Source of the DNA: Pedobacter sp.
GTDB taxonomy: Bacteria > Desulfobacterota > Desulfuromonadia > Desulfuromonadales > Syntrophotaleaceae
Direction: 5' to 3'
Length of the DNA stretch: 64,000 nt
NCBI GenBank assembly: GCA_050253415.1
Contig: JBFWJC010000005.1
Span: 136,984-200,983 of the forward strand
A model generated the notes under the pieces. It was not told the DNA's origin and did no database searches. It saw only the letters and a list, made by a program, of their open reading frames with translations. Below, in pieces: positions 40,193 to 51,673 of this stretch (position 1 is its first letter; every line of letters starts with the position of its first letter). Made by a program: the position numbers and the translations under genes.

Positions 40193-41134
40193 TTACTGGG
40201 CTGATTGATCGAGTTTGTCACCACCGGAGACGAGATAAAGCAGTGCCATGCGAACAGCAACACCGTTTTCGACCTGGTCAAGGATGACATTTTGAGGTCC
40301 GTCGGCGACGGCCGAAGAGATCTCGACTCCACGATTCATAGGCCCGGGGTGCATAACGATAGCATCCGATTTTGCCAATTTGAGTCGTTCGTCATTGATG
40401 CCGTAAAACATGGCATATTCCCGCAAGGAAGGCAGCATGGTTTTCCCCTGCCGTTCCTGCTGGATGCGCAGCGTCATAACAACATCCGCACCACGCACAG
40501 CATCGTCAACGCTGTTAAAAACCTTGGCACCGAGCCGTTCGATGCCGGGTGGAAGCATGGTTCCAGGACCGCACAACCGGACTTCCGCACCGAGTTTGGT
40601 GAGGGCGTAGACGTTGGACCGGGCTACCCTGCTATGCGTAATATCACCAATAATAGACACGATGAGTCCATCTATGCGGCCTTTTTCCTGACGTATGGTG
40701 AGGAGGTCCAGCAGGGCCTGGCTGGGATGTTCATGCGCACCGTCGCCGGCATTTATTACGGAAAAGTCGCAGCGCTCTGCAAGGTAATGGGGAGCACCGG
40801 AGCATGAATGACGCATGACGATGATATCGGGCTTCATGGCTTCGAGATTTTTAGCGGTATCTTCAAGGGTTTCCCCTTTCACCACTGCAGAGGTCGATGC
40901 ACTGATATTCACCGTATCGGCCGACAGCCTTTTGCCCGCGATTTCAAAAGAAGTGCGGGTGCGGGTACTTGCTTCGAAAAAGACATTGATGACTGTCTTT
41001 CCCCTCAGCGTAGGTACCTTTTTAATAGGCCGCAGGCTGATTTCCTTGAAGCTTTCGGCGGTGTCAAGAATGAGGGTTATGTCCTCTGCTGACAGCTGCT
41101 CGATACCAAGAATATGCTTGTGATTAAACGCCAT
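40193..41134 (-). CDS. pyrB: Aspartate carbamoyltransferase catalytic subunit
   Basis: [36 protein letters not shown]. Start at MAFNHK. Confidence 0.97.
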   Translation of the reverse strand: MAFNHKHILGIEQLSAEDITLILDTAESFKEISLRPIKKVPTLRGKTVINVFFEASTRTRTSFEIAGKRLSADTVNISASTSAVVKGETLEDTAKNLEAMKPDIIVMRHSCSGAPHYLAERCDFSVINAGDGAHEHPSQALLDLLTIRQEKGRIDGLIVSIIGDITHSRVARSNVYALTKLGAEVRLCGPGTMLPPGIERLGAKVFNSVDDAVRGADVVMTLRIQQERQGKTMLPSLREYAMFYGINDERLKLAKSDAIVMHPGPMNRGVEISSAVADGPQNVILDQVENGVAVRMALLYLVSGGDKLDQSAQ

Positions 41135-41220
41135 GCCGCATCTCCCGATTTCAGTAAAAGAACCTAGATTCAATATGATAAAGCCTAAAAGCTAACCCGA
41201 TTTAGCAGTTCGGCAGATGG

Positions 41221-41757
41221 TTACGCTTTACTCAAATTAACTTCGATAGGCATTTGCTTATCGTTAAAGCGCACCATAACCTGCTCGCTTGCAGCAGTGG
41301 GAACGTTACGACCCACAAAATCAGGACGGATAGGAAGTTCCCGGTGTCCCCGATCGATTAAAACAGCCAGTTGAATATTCCGAGGTCTCCCGATATCCAT
41401 CAAGGCATCCATGGCCGCGCGAATGGTCCGGCCGGTGTAGAGCACATCGTCGACCAGGATAATGCGCTTGCCATCAAGTGGAAAGGGAATGTCGGTTTTG
41501 CCTACGGGCAGGTTGCCACGCGAAGCCAGATCATCACGGTACATGGTGATGTCGACGGTTCCCAGGGGGACGGTGACCCCTTCAATATCCTGCAAACGTT
41601 TTTGCAGGTACAGCGCCAAATGATCACCACCAGTGCGAATTCCGACCAAAACCACATTTTCTGTACCGTGATTGTGCTCCAGAATTTCATGGGCAATACG
41701 TGTCAAAGCCCGGCTTATGGCCGCTTCATCCAGAATGATGGTTTCACTTTTTCCCAT
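41221..41757 (-). CDS. pyrR: Pyrimidine operon attenuation protein / UPRTase PyrR
   Basis: [48 protein letters not shown]. Confidence 0.96.
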   Translation of the reverse strand: MGKSETIILDEAAISRALTRIAHEILEHNHGTENVVLVGIRTGGDHLALYLQKRLQDIEGVTVPLGTVDITMYRDDLASRGNLPVGKTDIPFPLDGKRIILVDDVLYTGRTIRAAMDALMDIGRPRNIQLAVLIDRGHRELPIRPDFVGRNVPTAASEQVMVRFNDKQMPIEVNLSKA

Positions 41758-41781
41758 TCGACAACCCCCCGGATTCTAGAC

Positions 41782-41892
41782 AAAAAAAAGGTATCCTCTC
41801 TTTCGGGAGAAGATACCCGGACGTGACTAACCTGCTTTTTTGTTTAATTCTTATGATCACCCTTGCTAACCTCTCCGGATTAACTTAAAAGG
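41782..41892 (-). promoter_or_regulatory. PyrR-binding RNA attenuator (binding loop plus intrinsic terminator)
   Basis: CCTTTTAAGTTAATCCGGAGAGGTTAGCAAGG fits the ARUCCNGNGAGGYU PyrR motif. Downstream terminator GGTATCTTCTC-ccgaaa-GAGAGGATACC followed by a U tract. Confidence 0.88.
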
Positions 41893-41920
41893 CCTCAACT
41901 GCTATCGATAAATCCGAAAA

Positions 41921-41949
41921 ATTATACAGAGCACCAATGCTCTTGTCAA
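41921..41949 (-). promoter_or_regulatory. Consensus sigma70 promoter of the pyr operon
   Basis: Exact TTGACA-N17-TATAAT. Confidence 0.88.
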
Positions 41950-41976
41950 ATAAAAATCAGATCAATAACAGTGCAT

Positions 41977-42645
41977 TTATTTGATGCTACGTCCAATACG
42001 GCTCCACCTCGGGCGACTATTGGTGCTATCCCAGGACCAATATTTAATGAAGGCAAGGCCTTTGATTTTTGATTTATCGACAAACCCCCAGAACCGGCTG
42101 TCGAAAGAGCGATCACGATTATCCCCCATAACAAAGTATTGCCCTTTTGGAACTTTAACCGGGGACAGGTTATCGCGTCTTGTGTCGTCCGTAAAGGATG
42201 GTCCCTTATGGACTTCTTGAGGCAGAACCACTGCCTCCTGATTAATATAGACCACCTTATTGCGAACTTCAACGACATCGCCAGGAACGCCAATGACGCG
42301 CTTGATGAAATCGCGGCGCTTATAAAACGGCAGGTCGGCATCCATCGGAAACTCGAAAACGATCACATCGCCGCGCTGTGGGCTGCGCAGTGCCAGGAAT
42401 CGATCATCGGACCAGGGAAGATGTGATCCGTAAATGAACTTATTTACAAGGAGGTGGTCTCCGATCAGCAACGTGTCTTCCATCGATCCCGAAGGGATTT
42501 TAAATGCCTGAAATAGAAAAGTTCTGATAATCAGAGCCAAGATCAAGGCAACGCCGATTGCCTCCCCCCACTCTCGATACCAGGGTTTGCTGCTGGTCTT
42601 TTCAAGCAATGCTCTGGATGGTTCACGTTTGGACATGAATGTCAT
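41977..42645 (-). CDS. lepB: Signal peptidase I
   Basis: [36 protein letters not shown]. Confidence 0.96.
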   Translation of the reverse strand: MTFMSKREPSRALLEKTSSKPWYREWGEAIGVALILALIIRTFLFQAFKIPSGSMEDTLLIGDHLLVNKFIYGSHLPWSDDRFLALRSPQRGDVIVFEFPMDADLPFYKRRDFIKRVIGVPGDVVEVRNKVVYINQEAVVLPQEVHKGPSFTDDTRRDNLSPVKVPKGQYFVMGDNRDRSFDSRFWGFVDKSKIKGLAFIKYWSWDSTNSRPRWSRIGRSIK

Positions 42646-44441
42646 TCCTTTACTTTGAGGATGGCAAGGAAGGCTTCTTGCGGCAACTCCACGTTACCAA
42701 CCTGCTTCATGCGTTTTTTGCCTTCTTTTTGCTTCTCAAGAAGTTTGCGCTTGCGGGTGATGTCGCCACCGTAACATTTGGCGGTTACATCTTTGCGCAA
42801 GGCCTTGACGGTAGCACGGGCAACGATCTTGGTGCCGATAGCAGCCTGTATGGCCACTTCGAATTGTTGGCGCGGAATAAATTCTTTCATTTTATCAACC
42901 AGATCACGTCCGCGCGGCTGGGATTTATCCCGATGTACAATGAGAGATAGAGCGTCGACAATTTCACCATTAATAAGGAGGTTCAGACGCACGAGATCGC
43001 TTGGACGATAATCAAGGAAATCATAATCCAGGGAGGCGTATCCGCGACTGACCGTCTTGAGACGATCGTAAAAGTCGAGAACTATCTCATTGAGGGGTAG
43101 TTCGTAAACGACCATCACTCGATTGGAGGTCAGGTATTTGATTTCACGTTGAATGCCGCGTTTTTCCTCGCATAAGGCAAGCACGCCACCGACATATTCG
43201 TTCGGAACATGAACCGCAGCTACAATGAACGGCTCAAGGATTCGGTCGATGTACTGCACGTCGGGCAATTTGTTGGCGCTATCGACAATCAGTTCTTCAC
43301 CCTTGGTGGTTATGACCTGGTAACGAACTGTGGGCGCGGTGGTAATCAACTCCATGTTGAATTCGCGCTCAAGTCGCTCCTGTATGATCTCCATGTGAAG
43401 TAGGCCAAGGAAACCACAACGGAAACCGAAGCCCAATGCGAGGGAATTTTCGGGTTCAAAAGAGAAAGATGAATCGTTAATGCGCAACTTTTCCATGGCG
43501 TCGCGCAAAGCGTCGTATTCCCCGCTGTCGATGGGATACAATCCTGAATAGACCATGGGCTTGACTTCTTTGAAGCCACCCAGTGGGGTCTCGGCAGGTC
43601 TGTGAAAATGGGTGACGGTGTCACCGACCTTGGCATCCTGCAGCACTTTGATGCCGGCAATGACAAAACCGACTTCCCCGGCAGCCATCTCCTGAAATTC
43701 AACAGGATGGGGGCTGAAAGCGCCAATCTTTAACACTTCATGACTGCGCCCGCTGGCCATTAGCTTGATCTTGTCGCCTTTTTTAAGGGTGCCCTCAAAA
43801 ATGCGAACAAGCATGATGACACCCTGATAAGAATCGTACCAGGAGTCGAAAATCAGCGCTTTCAGCGGAGCCTCGGAGTCACCGCTCGGGGGTGGAATCT
43901 TGGCGACGATGGCTTCGAGGATTTCGTGTATGCCGATCCCTTCTTTGGCGCTGGCCTCAACGGCATCGGACGCGTCCAGGCCGATGATCTCCTCTATCTC
44001 CTCTTTAATGCGCTCAGGTTCGGCGCCGGGGAGGTCGATCTTGTTGAGTACAGGAAACACTTCAAGATTCTGATCTATGGCCAGGTAAACGTTGGCCAGG
44101 GTCTGAGCCTCAACGCCTTGGGATGCGTCGACTACCAGCAGTCCGCCTTCGCAGGCTGCCAGCGAGCGGCTAACCTCGTAACTGAAATCGACGTGCCCTG
44201 GGGTGTCAATTAGATTAAGAACATAATCCTTGCCGTCGTCCGCGTGGTACTTCAGACGCACGGCCTGGGCTTTAATAGTAATGCCCCGCTCTCTTTCCAA
44301 GTCGAGTTTGTCGAGAAACTGGTTGGTTTTTTCACGATCGGTAAGCGCACCAGTGGTCTCAAGAAGACGATCCGCCAGAGTAGATTTACCGTGGTCAATA
44401 TGCGCAATAATGGAAAAATTTCGAATCCTGCTACGGTCCAT
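42642..44441 (-). CDS. lepA: Elongation factor 4 (LepA)
   Basis: [45 protein letters not shown]. Confidence 0.98.
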   Translation of the reverse strand: MDRSRIRNFSIIAHIDHGKSTLADRLLETTGALTDREKTNQFLDKLDLERERGITIKAQAVRLKYHADDGKDYVLNLIDTPGHVDFSYEVSRSLAACEGGLLVVDASQGVEAQTLANVYLAIDQNLEVFPVLNKIDLPGAEPERIKEEIEEIIGLDASDAVEASAKEGIGIHEILEAIVAKIPPPSGDSEAPLKALIFDSWYDSYQGVIMLVRIFEGTLKKGDKIKLMASGRSHEVLKIGAFSPHPVEFQEMAAGEVGFVIAGIKVLQDAKVGDTVTHFHRPAETPLGGFKEVKPMVYSGLYPIDSGEYDALRDAMEKLRINDSSFSFEPENSLALGFGFRCGFLGLLHMEIIQERLEREFNMELITTAPTVRYQVITTKGEELIVDSANKLPDVQYIDRILEPFIVAAVHVPNEYVGGVLALCEEKRGIQREIKYLTSNRVMVVYELPLNEIVLDFYDRLKTVSRGYASLDYDFLDYRPSDLVRLNLLINGEIVDALSLIVHRDKSQPRGRDLVDKMKEFIPRQQFEVAIQAAIGTKIVARATVKALRKDVTAKCYGGDITRKRKLLEKQKEGKKRMKQVGNVELPQEAFLAILKVKE

Positions 44442-44738
44442 GAGGCTCTTTTCCGTGTAGTTTATGATAGATATGCGAATGGAGTAATGTACAAAACCCC
44501 CCTCTTTTTGTAAAGCGAAAAGACATGCCGAGGCGTGCAGATCAAGGGCATAAACGTTTTCACAGTCCTGGATATTTTAACGTTGATTCCTTCGCCTTTG
44601 GTAGATACCATTCACCACATCTTGCATGGATATATTGTATCTACAGGCGGGTGCAATTGTATTCGCCGAGCTTGCTATAATAAACTGCGATCCAGGGAAA
44701 ACTCTCAAGATCCAATCAATCCGTTAGAGGAGTTTCTT

Positions 44739-46613
44739 TTGAATACGATAGACGACCTGATAAAACTTTCCGTAGACAAATCGCCGGAAAAACCTGCGTT
44801 ACGCCTCAAGGTTGCCGGCGTCTGGCAAACAACCACCTACCAGCAGTTATGGCAAACGGTTACCCGTATAAGCGGCGGTTTGCGAGGATGGGGATTACGG
44901 AAAGGCGATCGCGTGGCTTTGCTGGGTGCAACAACCCCGTCATGGATTGCTGCCTATCTTGGGATTCTGCAAAGTGGTGGAATTGTCGTTCCTGTAGACA
45001 AGGAACTGAAGCAGGGCGAATTGCGTCACGTGCTTGGCGATTGCAGCGCACGGTTGTTGATGACAGAGCAGGCTTACCTGGAACCACTTTACGAAATAGG
45101 AAAAGACCTGGCTGCCCTGGAAAAAATCATTGTGTTCGAAACGCCCGCAGAGAGAACAATTTCCCCACAGCTAAGCCAGGCCATGGAGGATGTGGTTGAT
45201 GCCTGGCGGGAACTCGTACAACGCTACCAGATTCCCGCCGAGGCCCAAAGCCATTTAGAAGCCTTGGGACGCAATTTGGAGAAAATTCTCCGGGTGCAGG
45301 AAGTAAAAACCGACGTTACGGAGACTAAACTAAATTCACACCCCAGCGTGTTTAATGAAATCGCTGAAGAGAAGCGCATATTTAACCGACGCTTCAACCT
45401 TGCCTATTTAGCCGAATTTGCCGCAAACGGTCCACTCCCTCCCATTGACCGCAGCCCCCAAGATACTGCGGTTATACTCTACACTTCAGGGACAACGGGA
45501 CGCTCCAAAGGTGCCATGTTGAGCCACGCCAACATCGTTAGCAACATAGAGTCTGCGGTCCGGCATCTTGAGGTTCGTGAGGGGATGCACACCCTTTCAT
45601 TTTTGCCCATCAACCACGTTTTTGAGCAAGTGGCAGGCATTCTGGCCCCCTTGTCTCTAAGCGGCACAATCTCCATCGCGGAATCTCTGAAAAAGATTGG
45701 TCAGAACCTGGTTGAGGAACATCCAAGTCATGTCATGGGAGTCCCGGCGGTCTATCGGGTTTTACTTGGTCGCATAAACCGTAACATTGATGAAAAACCT
45801 CTATCGAGAACCCTGTTTGCCCTGCCGTTCACGCGGCCTCTTGTGACGGCCAAAGTTCGAAAAGCACTCGGGAAAAACATTACTTTCGTAAGCGGTGGTG
45901 CGGCGCTGGATCCTGATATTGCCAAAGGGATGACCAAACTCGGCTTTACCATTGTACAGGGATACGGTATCACCGAAACTTCACCCATCATTGCTGCAGA
46001 ATGTCCCACAAAGCGTAAACTAGGCACCGTCGGACAGGTCATCCCCGGCGTCGAAGTACGCATTGACCATCCGAACCAGGATGGCGTAGGTGAAATCCTG
46101 GTTAAGGGACCTAACGTGATGCAGGGATACTACAAACGCCCGAAAGCCACGGCCGAAGCCATTGTCGATGGATGGTACCACACCGGCGACCTCGGTCATC
46201 TTGACGAAGATGGTTTTCTGTCGATTCGCGGTCGGATGAAGAATCTGATCGTGACCCCGAACGGCAAGAATGTTTATCCTGAAGAAGTAGAAAATGAACT
46301 TTTAAAATGCCCGTTTATCGCAGAAGTTATGGTTTACGGCCATAAACTTTCTGACACCGCCGAGGAGGTTCATGCCATCATTTATCCAGACCAGGAGGCT
46401 TTGGATGGTTATATGAAGGAGACGGACAGACAATCGATGAGCGAAGCCGATGTGGAGGAATTGTTCCGCCGTGAGGTGTTGGAGGCAGGCAAACGCCTTG
46501 CCGACTATAAAAGGGTAAAACGTTTCACCCTGCGCGATGATGAATTCCCCAAGACGACAACTCGAAAGATCAAACGTTATGTGGTGGAAGCGGATATTTT
46601 GGCTGCCCGATAA
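44739..46613 (+). CDS. Long-chain fatty-acid--CoA ligase (AMP-binding family)
   Basis: TTG start after GAGGAG, YTSGTTGRSKG, QGYGITETSP, HTGDLG, GKNVYPEEVE, PKTTTRKIKR. Confidence 0.9.
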   Translation: MNTIDDLIKLSVDKSPEKPALRLKVAGVWQTTTYQQLWQTVTRISGGLRGWGLRKGDRVALLGATTPSWIAAYLGILQSGGIVVPVDKELKQGELRHVLGDCSARLLMTEQAYLEPLYEIGKDLAALEKIIVFETPAERTISPQLSQAMEDVVDAWRELVQRYQIPAEAQSHLEALGRNLEKILRVQEVKTDVTETKLNSHPSVFNEIAEEKRIFNRRFNLAYLAEFAANGPLPPIDRSPQDTAVILYTSGTTGRSKGAMLSHANIVSNIESAVRHLEVREGMHTLSFLPINHVFEQVAGILAPLSLSGTISIAESLKKIGQNLVEEHPSHVMGVPAVYRVLLGRINRNIDEKPLSRTLFALPFTRPLVTAKVRKALGKNITFVSGGAALDPDIAKGMTKLGFTIVQGYGITETSPIIAAECPTKRKLGTVGQVIPGVEVRIDHPNQDGVGEILVKGPNVMQGYYKRPKATAEAIVDGWYHTGDLGHLDEDGFLSIRGRMKNLIVTPNGKNVYPEEVENELLKCPFIAEVMVYGHKLSDTAEEVHAIIYPDQEALDGYMKETDRQSMSEADVEELFRREVLEAGKRLADYKRVKRFTLRDDEFPKTTTRKIKRYVVEADILAAR

Positions 46614-46620
46614 GCATGCC

Positions 46621-48456
46621 TTAAGTTTCAGCAAAAACGCCCTTTTTCTTTTCCAATTCGCTGGCATAACGTGTCAAAATCGCCCGGCGCGAAAGCATGA
46701 ACAAGACCTTTCCGGGTTGGTCTAAATCGACCACCGGGATTTCTTCGATGCCGCGCCGGGTAAATTTGCGCAAGGCCAGAGTCAGCGACTCCTGTGGAGT
46801 CGTAGTTACGACCTTGGATACCGCAACATCCCTTGCCAGAATCAGTGCAGGCGGTACATCGTCATGAAGAATACGTCGTAAATCGTTAATGGAAAAAATG
46901 CCGACCATCTGCTCTGCCCTGTCAATCACCGGGAAATAACTCGAATCGCTTCCGGACATTTTCTCAATAATCTTATTCAGCGGCATATCTTCAGGTATGA
47001 ACGTCGGTTCTCGGCCATATTCGGCCAATTCACCGACCGAGATGCCTGCCAGGACATTGACTACCAAATCCCCCAGGTGGGCCGGAGAATCGATGCGACC
47101 AGATACCTGCTGTTTGTAAATGGTACTGCGCCGGAACGCAACCATGGCCACAACACAAACCAGCATCAGTGGTGCCAGCAGGGCGTAATTACCTGTTAAC
47201 TCGCTGACCATAATAAGGGTGGCAATGGGTGTATTGGCAACTCCGGCAAAAAAACCTGCCATACCGATAATCACACAGGCTCGTGGATCGGCCATCAGTG
47301 AAGGCATCAGAACGTGCACGATTGCACCAAAGCTACCCCCAAGCATGGCACCGATAACAAGGCTCGGGGCAAAGACACCACCTGACCCGCCAGATGAAAT
47401 CGTCAGACTGGTCGCAACGATTTTGCCAAACGCCAGTAAAACCATCAGCCACAAGGCCATCTTTCCGTACAGTGCCGCTTGAACCCAGCCATAGCCAGAC
47501 CCCAGCACTTGAGGCACGAACATCGCCATTATCCCCAAGAGCAGTCCCCCCAGTGCCGGTTTTAAAAATACGGGGATATTCAGCGCCTTGAAACGATCCC
47601 GAACATAATAAAAGCTGCGCACGTAGCCGGTCCCCACTATGGCGCATATGATCCCAAGCAGAAGATAAAAACCCAACTCAACAGGATGCTCAAAACGAAA
47701 AGCTGGTGTCGCCAGCAGGGGGCTCCACCCCGTTACCGCGCCAAACAATGAGTACGCCACAATCGATGAAATGATGCAGGGAATCAGCCCTTCATGCTCA
47801 AATTCGGGATCTTGGTAGAGAACCTCAACCGCAAAAAGGGCTCCCCCTAGAGGCGCGCGAAAGGTTGCACCAATCCCACCCGCCATGCCAGCCAGTAACA
47901 GAATGCGGCGATCGGATACGGAGAGTTTCAGACGATCGGCCAGAAACGAACCGAAACCGGCCCCGATCTGAGCAATAGGGCCTTCCCTTCCTGCCGATCC
48001 GCCGGTACTTATAGTTGCTATGGAAGCGATGGCTTTCACGATAGGTACCCGGCCTCGTATTAGTCCATTTTTTTTATGGAACGCCTCTATAGCGGCATCT
48101 GTCCCATGCCCTTCAGCTTCTGGAGCAAAGGTGAAAACCAGCCATCCGGAAATCAAGCCTCCCAGAGCCGGAATCAAAAAAAGAAACCATCGATGCTTCA
48201 TCTGCAAAGTCGCTATAACTCCATCGATTTGCATCGAAATTCCATGTCCGGGCGAATGAAATCCACCCCAATGGACAAGAATCCACTCCGTAGCCGCATC
48301 GGTAGCAAAGTAAAATGCCACCGCCCCAAGTCCCGCGACAAGGCCAACCAAAGCACTGAGCAACATGAATCGACCCACAGCCCGAACGTCAAGACCATGG
48401 GGATTTGCGCGTAATTTAAGAGGATCTGTCATATTTCTCATTCTTGAAAATAACAA
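46621..48456 (-). CDS. ClC-family chloride channel/antiporter with C-terminal CBS pair
   Basis: AEGHG, GSAGREGP, GGSGGVFAP, CBS-like C-terminus. Start codon uncertain. Confidence 0.92.
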   Translation of the reverse strand: MLFSRMRNMTDPLKLRANPHGLDVRAVGRFMLLSALVGLVAGLGAVAFYFATDAATEWILVHWGGFHSPGHGISMQIDGVIATLQMKHRWFLFLIPALGGLISGWLVFTFAPEAEGHGTDAAIEAFHKKNGLIRGRVPIVKAIASIATISTGGSAGREGPIAQIGAGFGSFLADRLKLSVSDRRILLLAGMAGGIGATFRAPLGGALFAVEVLYQDPEFEHEGLIPCIISSIVAYSLFGAVTGWSPLLATPAFRFEHPVELGFYLLLGIICAIVGTGYVRSFYYVRDRFKALNIPVFLKPALGGLLLGIMAMFVPQVLGSGYGWVQAALYGKMALWLMVLLAFGKIVATSLTISSGGSGGVFAPSLVIGAMLGGSFGAIVHVLMPSLMADPRACVIIGMAGFFAGVANTPIATLIMVSELTGNYALLAPLMLVCVVAMVAFRRSTIYKQQVSGRIDSPAHLGDLVVNVLAGISVGELAEYGREPTFIPEDMPLNKIIEKMSGSDSSYFPVIDRAEQMVGIFSINDLRRILHDDVPPALILARDVAVSKVVTTTPQESLTLALRKFTRRGIEEIPVVDLDQPGKVLFMLSRRAILTRYASELEKKKGVFAET

Positions 48457-48668
48457 TAATCTTTGTGACCATATTCACAAAGGCCGATAATCGTTGGATA
48501 GTAGCGGAATAATAAAAAAATAACAGGGTTTTATCTTAAAGGGTTTGATGAAGCCTGACAATCCCTTTGTCCAGATAAAGGAAAATGCGTTTGTTGTGCT
48601 ATTATTTTACGATTAGAATTTCAACGAAATGCATCGAGACACATGCCGCCAACCGTAAAGGAGGCATC

Positions 48669-49604
48669 ATGGAGCGTCGAAGCTTTTTGCATAATGCAAC
48701 CTATTGGTCCCTGTCCTGTTTTCTGGTTTTACACTGGCCCTTCCCCTCCTTCGCAACCTCTATTCGAGCGCAAACGACACCTGCCGGTCCTGGTTTTCCC
48801 CAGGTAGGCATAGGGAAAGATAAAGACTATCGGAGGTTGGTGCGTCAGGTAGTTGCCCTTGTCGGCGGAATGGGAGCCTTTGTTAAGCCTGGAGACCGCG
48901 TAGTAATCAAACCAAATATGTCGTTTGACAGATCTCCTGAGATGGGCGCAACGACTCATCCCCTCGTGGTTAGAACCTTGGCGGAAATGGCCCTGGAAGC
49001 AGGTGCCAGACAGGTAAAAATATTCGACCGAACCTGTAACGAAGCGCGGCGCTGTTATCAAAACAGCGGCATTTTGCCGATTATCCAAGCCATGGATAAT
49101 AGCAAGGTACGGTGTGAATATATTGATCGCAGAAAGTTTGTCAGCGTCCCCATACCGCAAGGGCGTATTTTAAAAGGCTGGGATATTTACCGCGATGCCC
49201 TTGAGGCGGACTGCTACATCAATGTACCCGTCGCCAAGCAGCATGGGCTGGCTGGATTGTCTCTCGGGCTTAAGAACAATATGGGCATTCTCGGTGGCAA
49301 TCGCGGACAGTTACATCGCAAACTTGAACAGAATCTGGCCGACCTGGCTACCATCATCCGCCCTACCCTCAACGTTATCGATGCCACGCGCATGTTGCTT
49401 CGCAACGGCCCCCAGGGCGGGAAACTGGCGGATGTGCAGATTAACGATACCGTCATCGCCTCATCCGATCCTGTCGCGGCAGATGCCTGCGCAACCATGC
49501 TGTTTGGACAGTCGCCCGAGGAATTAAGCACCACGGTTGCGGCTGCCGACATGGGATTGGGCATCATGCAGATGAACCGGATCAAGAGAATCGAAGTGCC
49601 ATGA
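48669..49604 (+). CDS. DUF362 domain protein with Tat-like leader
   Basis: GGAGG RBS, MERRSFL, GDRVVIKPN, TTHP, INVPVAKQH, LGLKNNMG, DPVAAD. Confidence 0.85.
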   Translation: MERRSFLHNATYWSLSCFLVLHWPFPSFATSIRAQTTPAGPGFPQVGIGKDKDYRRLVRQVVALVGGMGAFVKPGDRVVIKPNMSFDRSPEMGATTHPLVVRTLAEMALEAGARQVKIFDRTCNEARRCYQNSGILPIIQAMDNSKVRCEYIDRRKFVSVPIPQGRILKGWDIYRDALEADCYINVPVAKQHGLAGLSLGLKNNMGILGGNRGQLHRKLEQNLADLATIIRPTLNVIDATRMLLRNGPQGGKLADVQINDTVIASSDPVAADACATMLFGQSPEELSTTVAAADMGLGIMQMNRIKRIEVP

Positions 49605-51169
49605 ATATTCACAACTCACCGGCCCTTTGGCGGCGCTTGAGTCAGGGCCTTTTCCTGACCGCATTCATCGTTTTGTTTCTGCATACAGACTATCAGGGGC
49701 AGGACCAAATCTCCGGAGCCGTCAATCTGCTGTTTCGTTTCGACCCGCTGATTGCGTTGGCTGCGTCTCTCGCAACGCGCACCTTTATTATCCTGGTCGT
49801 ACCGGCAATTTTTTTATTCCTATCGTGCATCATTCTGGGGCGTTGGTTCTGCGGTTGGGCTTGTCCCATGGGTACCTTGCTGGATTATGCCAGGCCACTA
49901 TTTAGTACAAAATCACGTATCATGCCTGCAGTGCTGCCAAAGCTGCGTTATGGCCTGTTGGTGATCATCCTTGTTGGTGCTCTGTTCGGATTACCATTGA
50001 TCGGTTTCTTTGATCCATTTGCCATTCTTGTGCGTGGGCTGTCGATGGCGTTCTATCCTGCATTCAGTATGGCAATTGAGAAATTTTTTAACCTTACCTA
50101 CAGCCACGGGCCGGCCTGGCTCAACCTGTTTACAGAGCCCGTGTATCAGTTTTTGCGAGCTACGGTACTGCCCTTCGAGCAAAAAGTATTCACCCTGGCT
50201 CTTCCTGCAGCCTTGATGTTATGTGCACTTTTCTTGCTGGAATTATTTCATCGACGTTTTTTTTGCCGGAATGTATGCCCTTTGGGCGCATTGCTCGCTC
50301 TCGCAGCACGGTTTGCCCCTTGGAAGATCAACAATAGACAGCCATCCTGCACCGCCTGCGGACAATGCAGCAAAATATGTAGAGCAGGGGCTATAGATAA
50401 ACGGGGTCAGGTAAACAGCGAAAGATGCATTCTTTGCCTGGATTGCGTGACAGATTGTCCAAAGCACCAATTTGAATTCAGTCGCAACCATGGACATGCT
50501 GTGACCGTTGCCGAAGGGCTTAGCCGCCGCGCTTTTATGGGCACTACTGTTAGCGCTATCGCTTTGCCGTTTCTGTTTGCGGTACGTCCCCTCAAGCGCT
50601 ATCCCGAGCCTCGCTTGATCAGGCCGCCCGGGGCCTTGCCGGAGGAAGAGTTTTTAGGTCGCTGTGTGCGATGCGGCGAGTGCATGCAGGTCTGCATCGG
50701 CAATGCTCTGCACCCCACCATTATGGAAGCCGGTTCAGAGGGGATTTTCACACCAAGGCTCATTCCTCGCATTGGGTATTGCGAGTATCAATGCACATTG
50801 TGTGGGCAGGTCTGTCCTACCGGTGCTCTAAAGCGACTGTCCCAATCAAAAAAACAGGCTACCGTCATCGGCCTCGCCTCTATTGATCGAAACCGGTGTC
50901 TGCCCTACGCAAAAGGGGTACCGTGCATGGTCTGCGAAGAGCATTGCCCTACTCCCGAAAAAGCTATTCGGTTTCGTGAAATAACGGTTCTGAACGAAAT
51001 GGGCCAAGAGGTTCGGGTAAAACAACCTTATGTGGTCGACAGGTTATGCATCGGTTGCGGAATTTGCGAAAACAAATGTCCCCTGCCTGGTCATAGCGCA
51101 ATCGTGGTTACGTCAGCAGGTGAAACACGCCATCAAAGACCGACCGGGAATAATGGTTACAATTTATAA
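49601..51169 (+). CDS. Membrane polyferredoxin (NapH/MauN-like domain fused to a NapG/MauM-like domain)
   Basis: GRWFCGWACPMG, FCRNVCPLG, several CxxCxxC motifs, internal SRRAF and IRPPGA...CVRCGECMQVC. Confidence 0.85.
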   Translation: MNIHNSPALWRRLSQGLFLTAFIVLFLHTDYQGQDQISGAVNLLFRFDPLIALAASLATRTFIILVVPAIFLFLSCIILGRWFCGWACPMGTLLDYARPLFSTKSRIMPAVLPKLRYGLLVIILVGALFGLPLIGFFDPFAILVRGLSMAFYPAFSMAIEKFFNLTYSHGPAWLNLFTEPVYQFLRATVLPFEQKVFTLALPAALMLCALFLLELFHRRFFCRNVCPLGALLALAARFAPWKINNRQPSCTACGQCSKICRAGAIDKRGQVNSERCILCLDCVTDCPKHQFEFSRNHGHAVTVAEGLSRRAFMGTTVSAIALPFLFAVRPLKRYPEPRLIRPPGALPEEEFLGRCVRCGECMQVCIGNALHPTIMEAGSEGIFTPRLIPRIGYCEYQCTLCGQVCPTGALKRLSQSKKQATVIGLASIDRNRCLPYAKGVPCMVCEEHCPTPEKAIRFREITVLNEMGQEVRVKQPYVVDRLCIGCGICENKCPLPGHSAIVVTSAGETRHQRPTGNNGYNL

Positions 51170-51265
51170 AAGAATTAAACTATTTAGTTATAAATATGAG
51201 ACTCGTGACGAAAACGTTTTTCCCGGAGTAAACATTGATGGCCTGGATTTGCTGCCCACAACCTG

Positions 51266-51670
51266 CTAGTCGGAAAACTTGCCAAGGAAAAGACGTGCCT
51301 CAGCTTCTGCATAAACTTCTCCGGCCAAAGCCAGCCGTGATCGGGCGGTTACAACGTTTCTTCGATGCTTTATTACTTCACCAAAGAGAGTAACTGTCTG
51401 CCCGCATGGCACCGGTTTGCGGTAACGAACCTGAAGTTCAGCCGTAACGGCCTGCAGTCCCAGAGACATGGCGGCGTAAATACAAGCTTCGTCAAGAAGT
51501 GCGGCAAGAATACCACCATGCACGATCTGCCCCCAGCCCTGAAAGTTTTCTCCAAGCAGAACCGAACCGAATGAACACATTAAAATGCCATTGGATTGAA
51601 ACGTAGCCTGTAGTCCATGACGGTTAGCTTCACCACATACAAAGCAATTCACTGTTTTTGTAAGTTGCAT
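51266..51670 (-). CDS. PaaI-family thioesterase
   Basis: CFVCG..N..GL, VHGGILAALLDE, TAELQVRYRKPVP. Confidence 0.9.
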   Translation of the reverse strand: MQLTKTVNCFVCGEANRHGLQATFQSNGILMCSFGSVLLGENFQGWGQIVHGGILAALLDEACIYAAMSLGLQAVTAELQVRYRKPVPCGQTVTLFGEVIKHRRNVVTARSRLALAGEVYAEAEARLFLGKFSD

Positions 51671-51673
51671 GCG

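Noticed and set aside
34956..40807. Long plus-strand ORFs opposite carB, pyrC and pyrB, and similar ORFs opposite rcpA, metF, the MinD ATPase and hydG
   Set aside because: Antisense shadows of well-conserved genes, with no motifs of their own.
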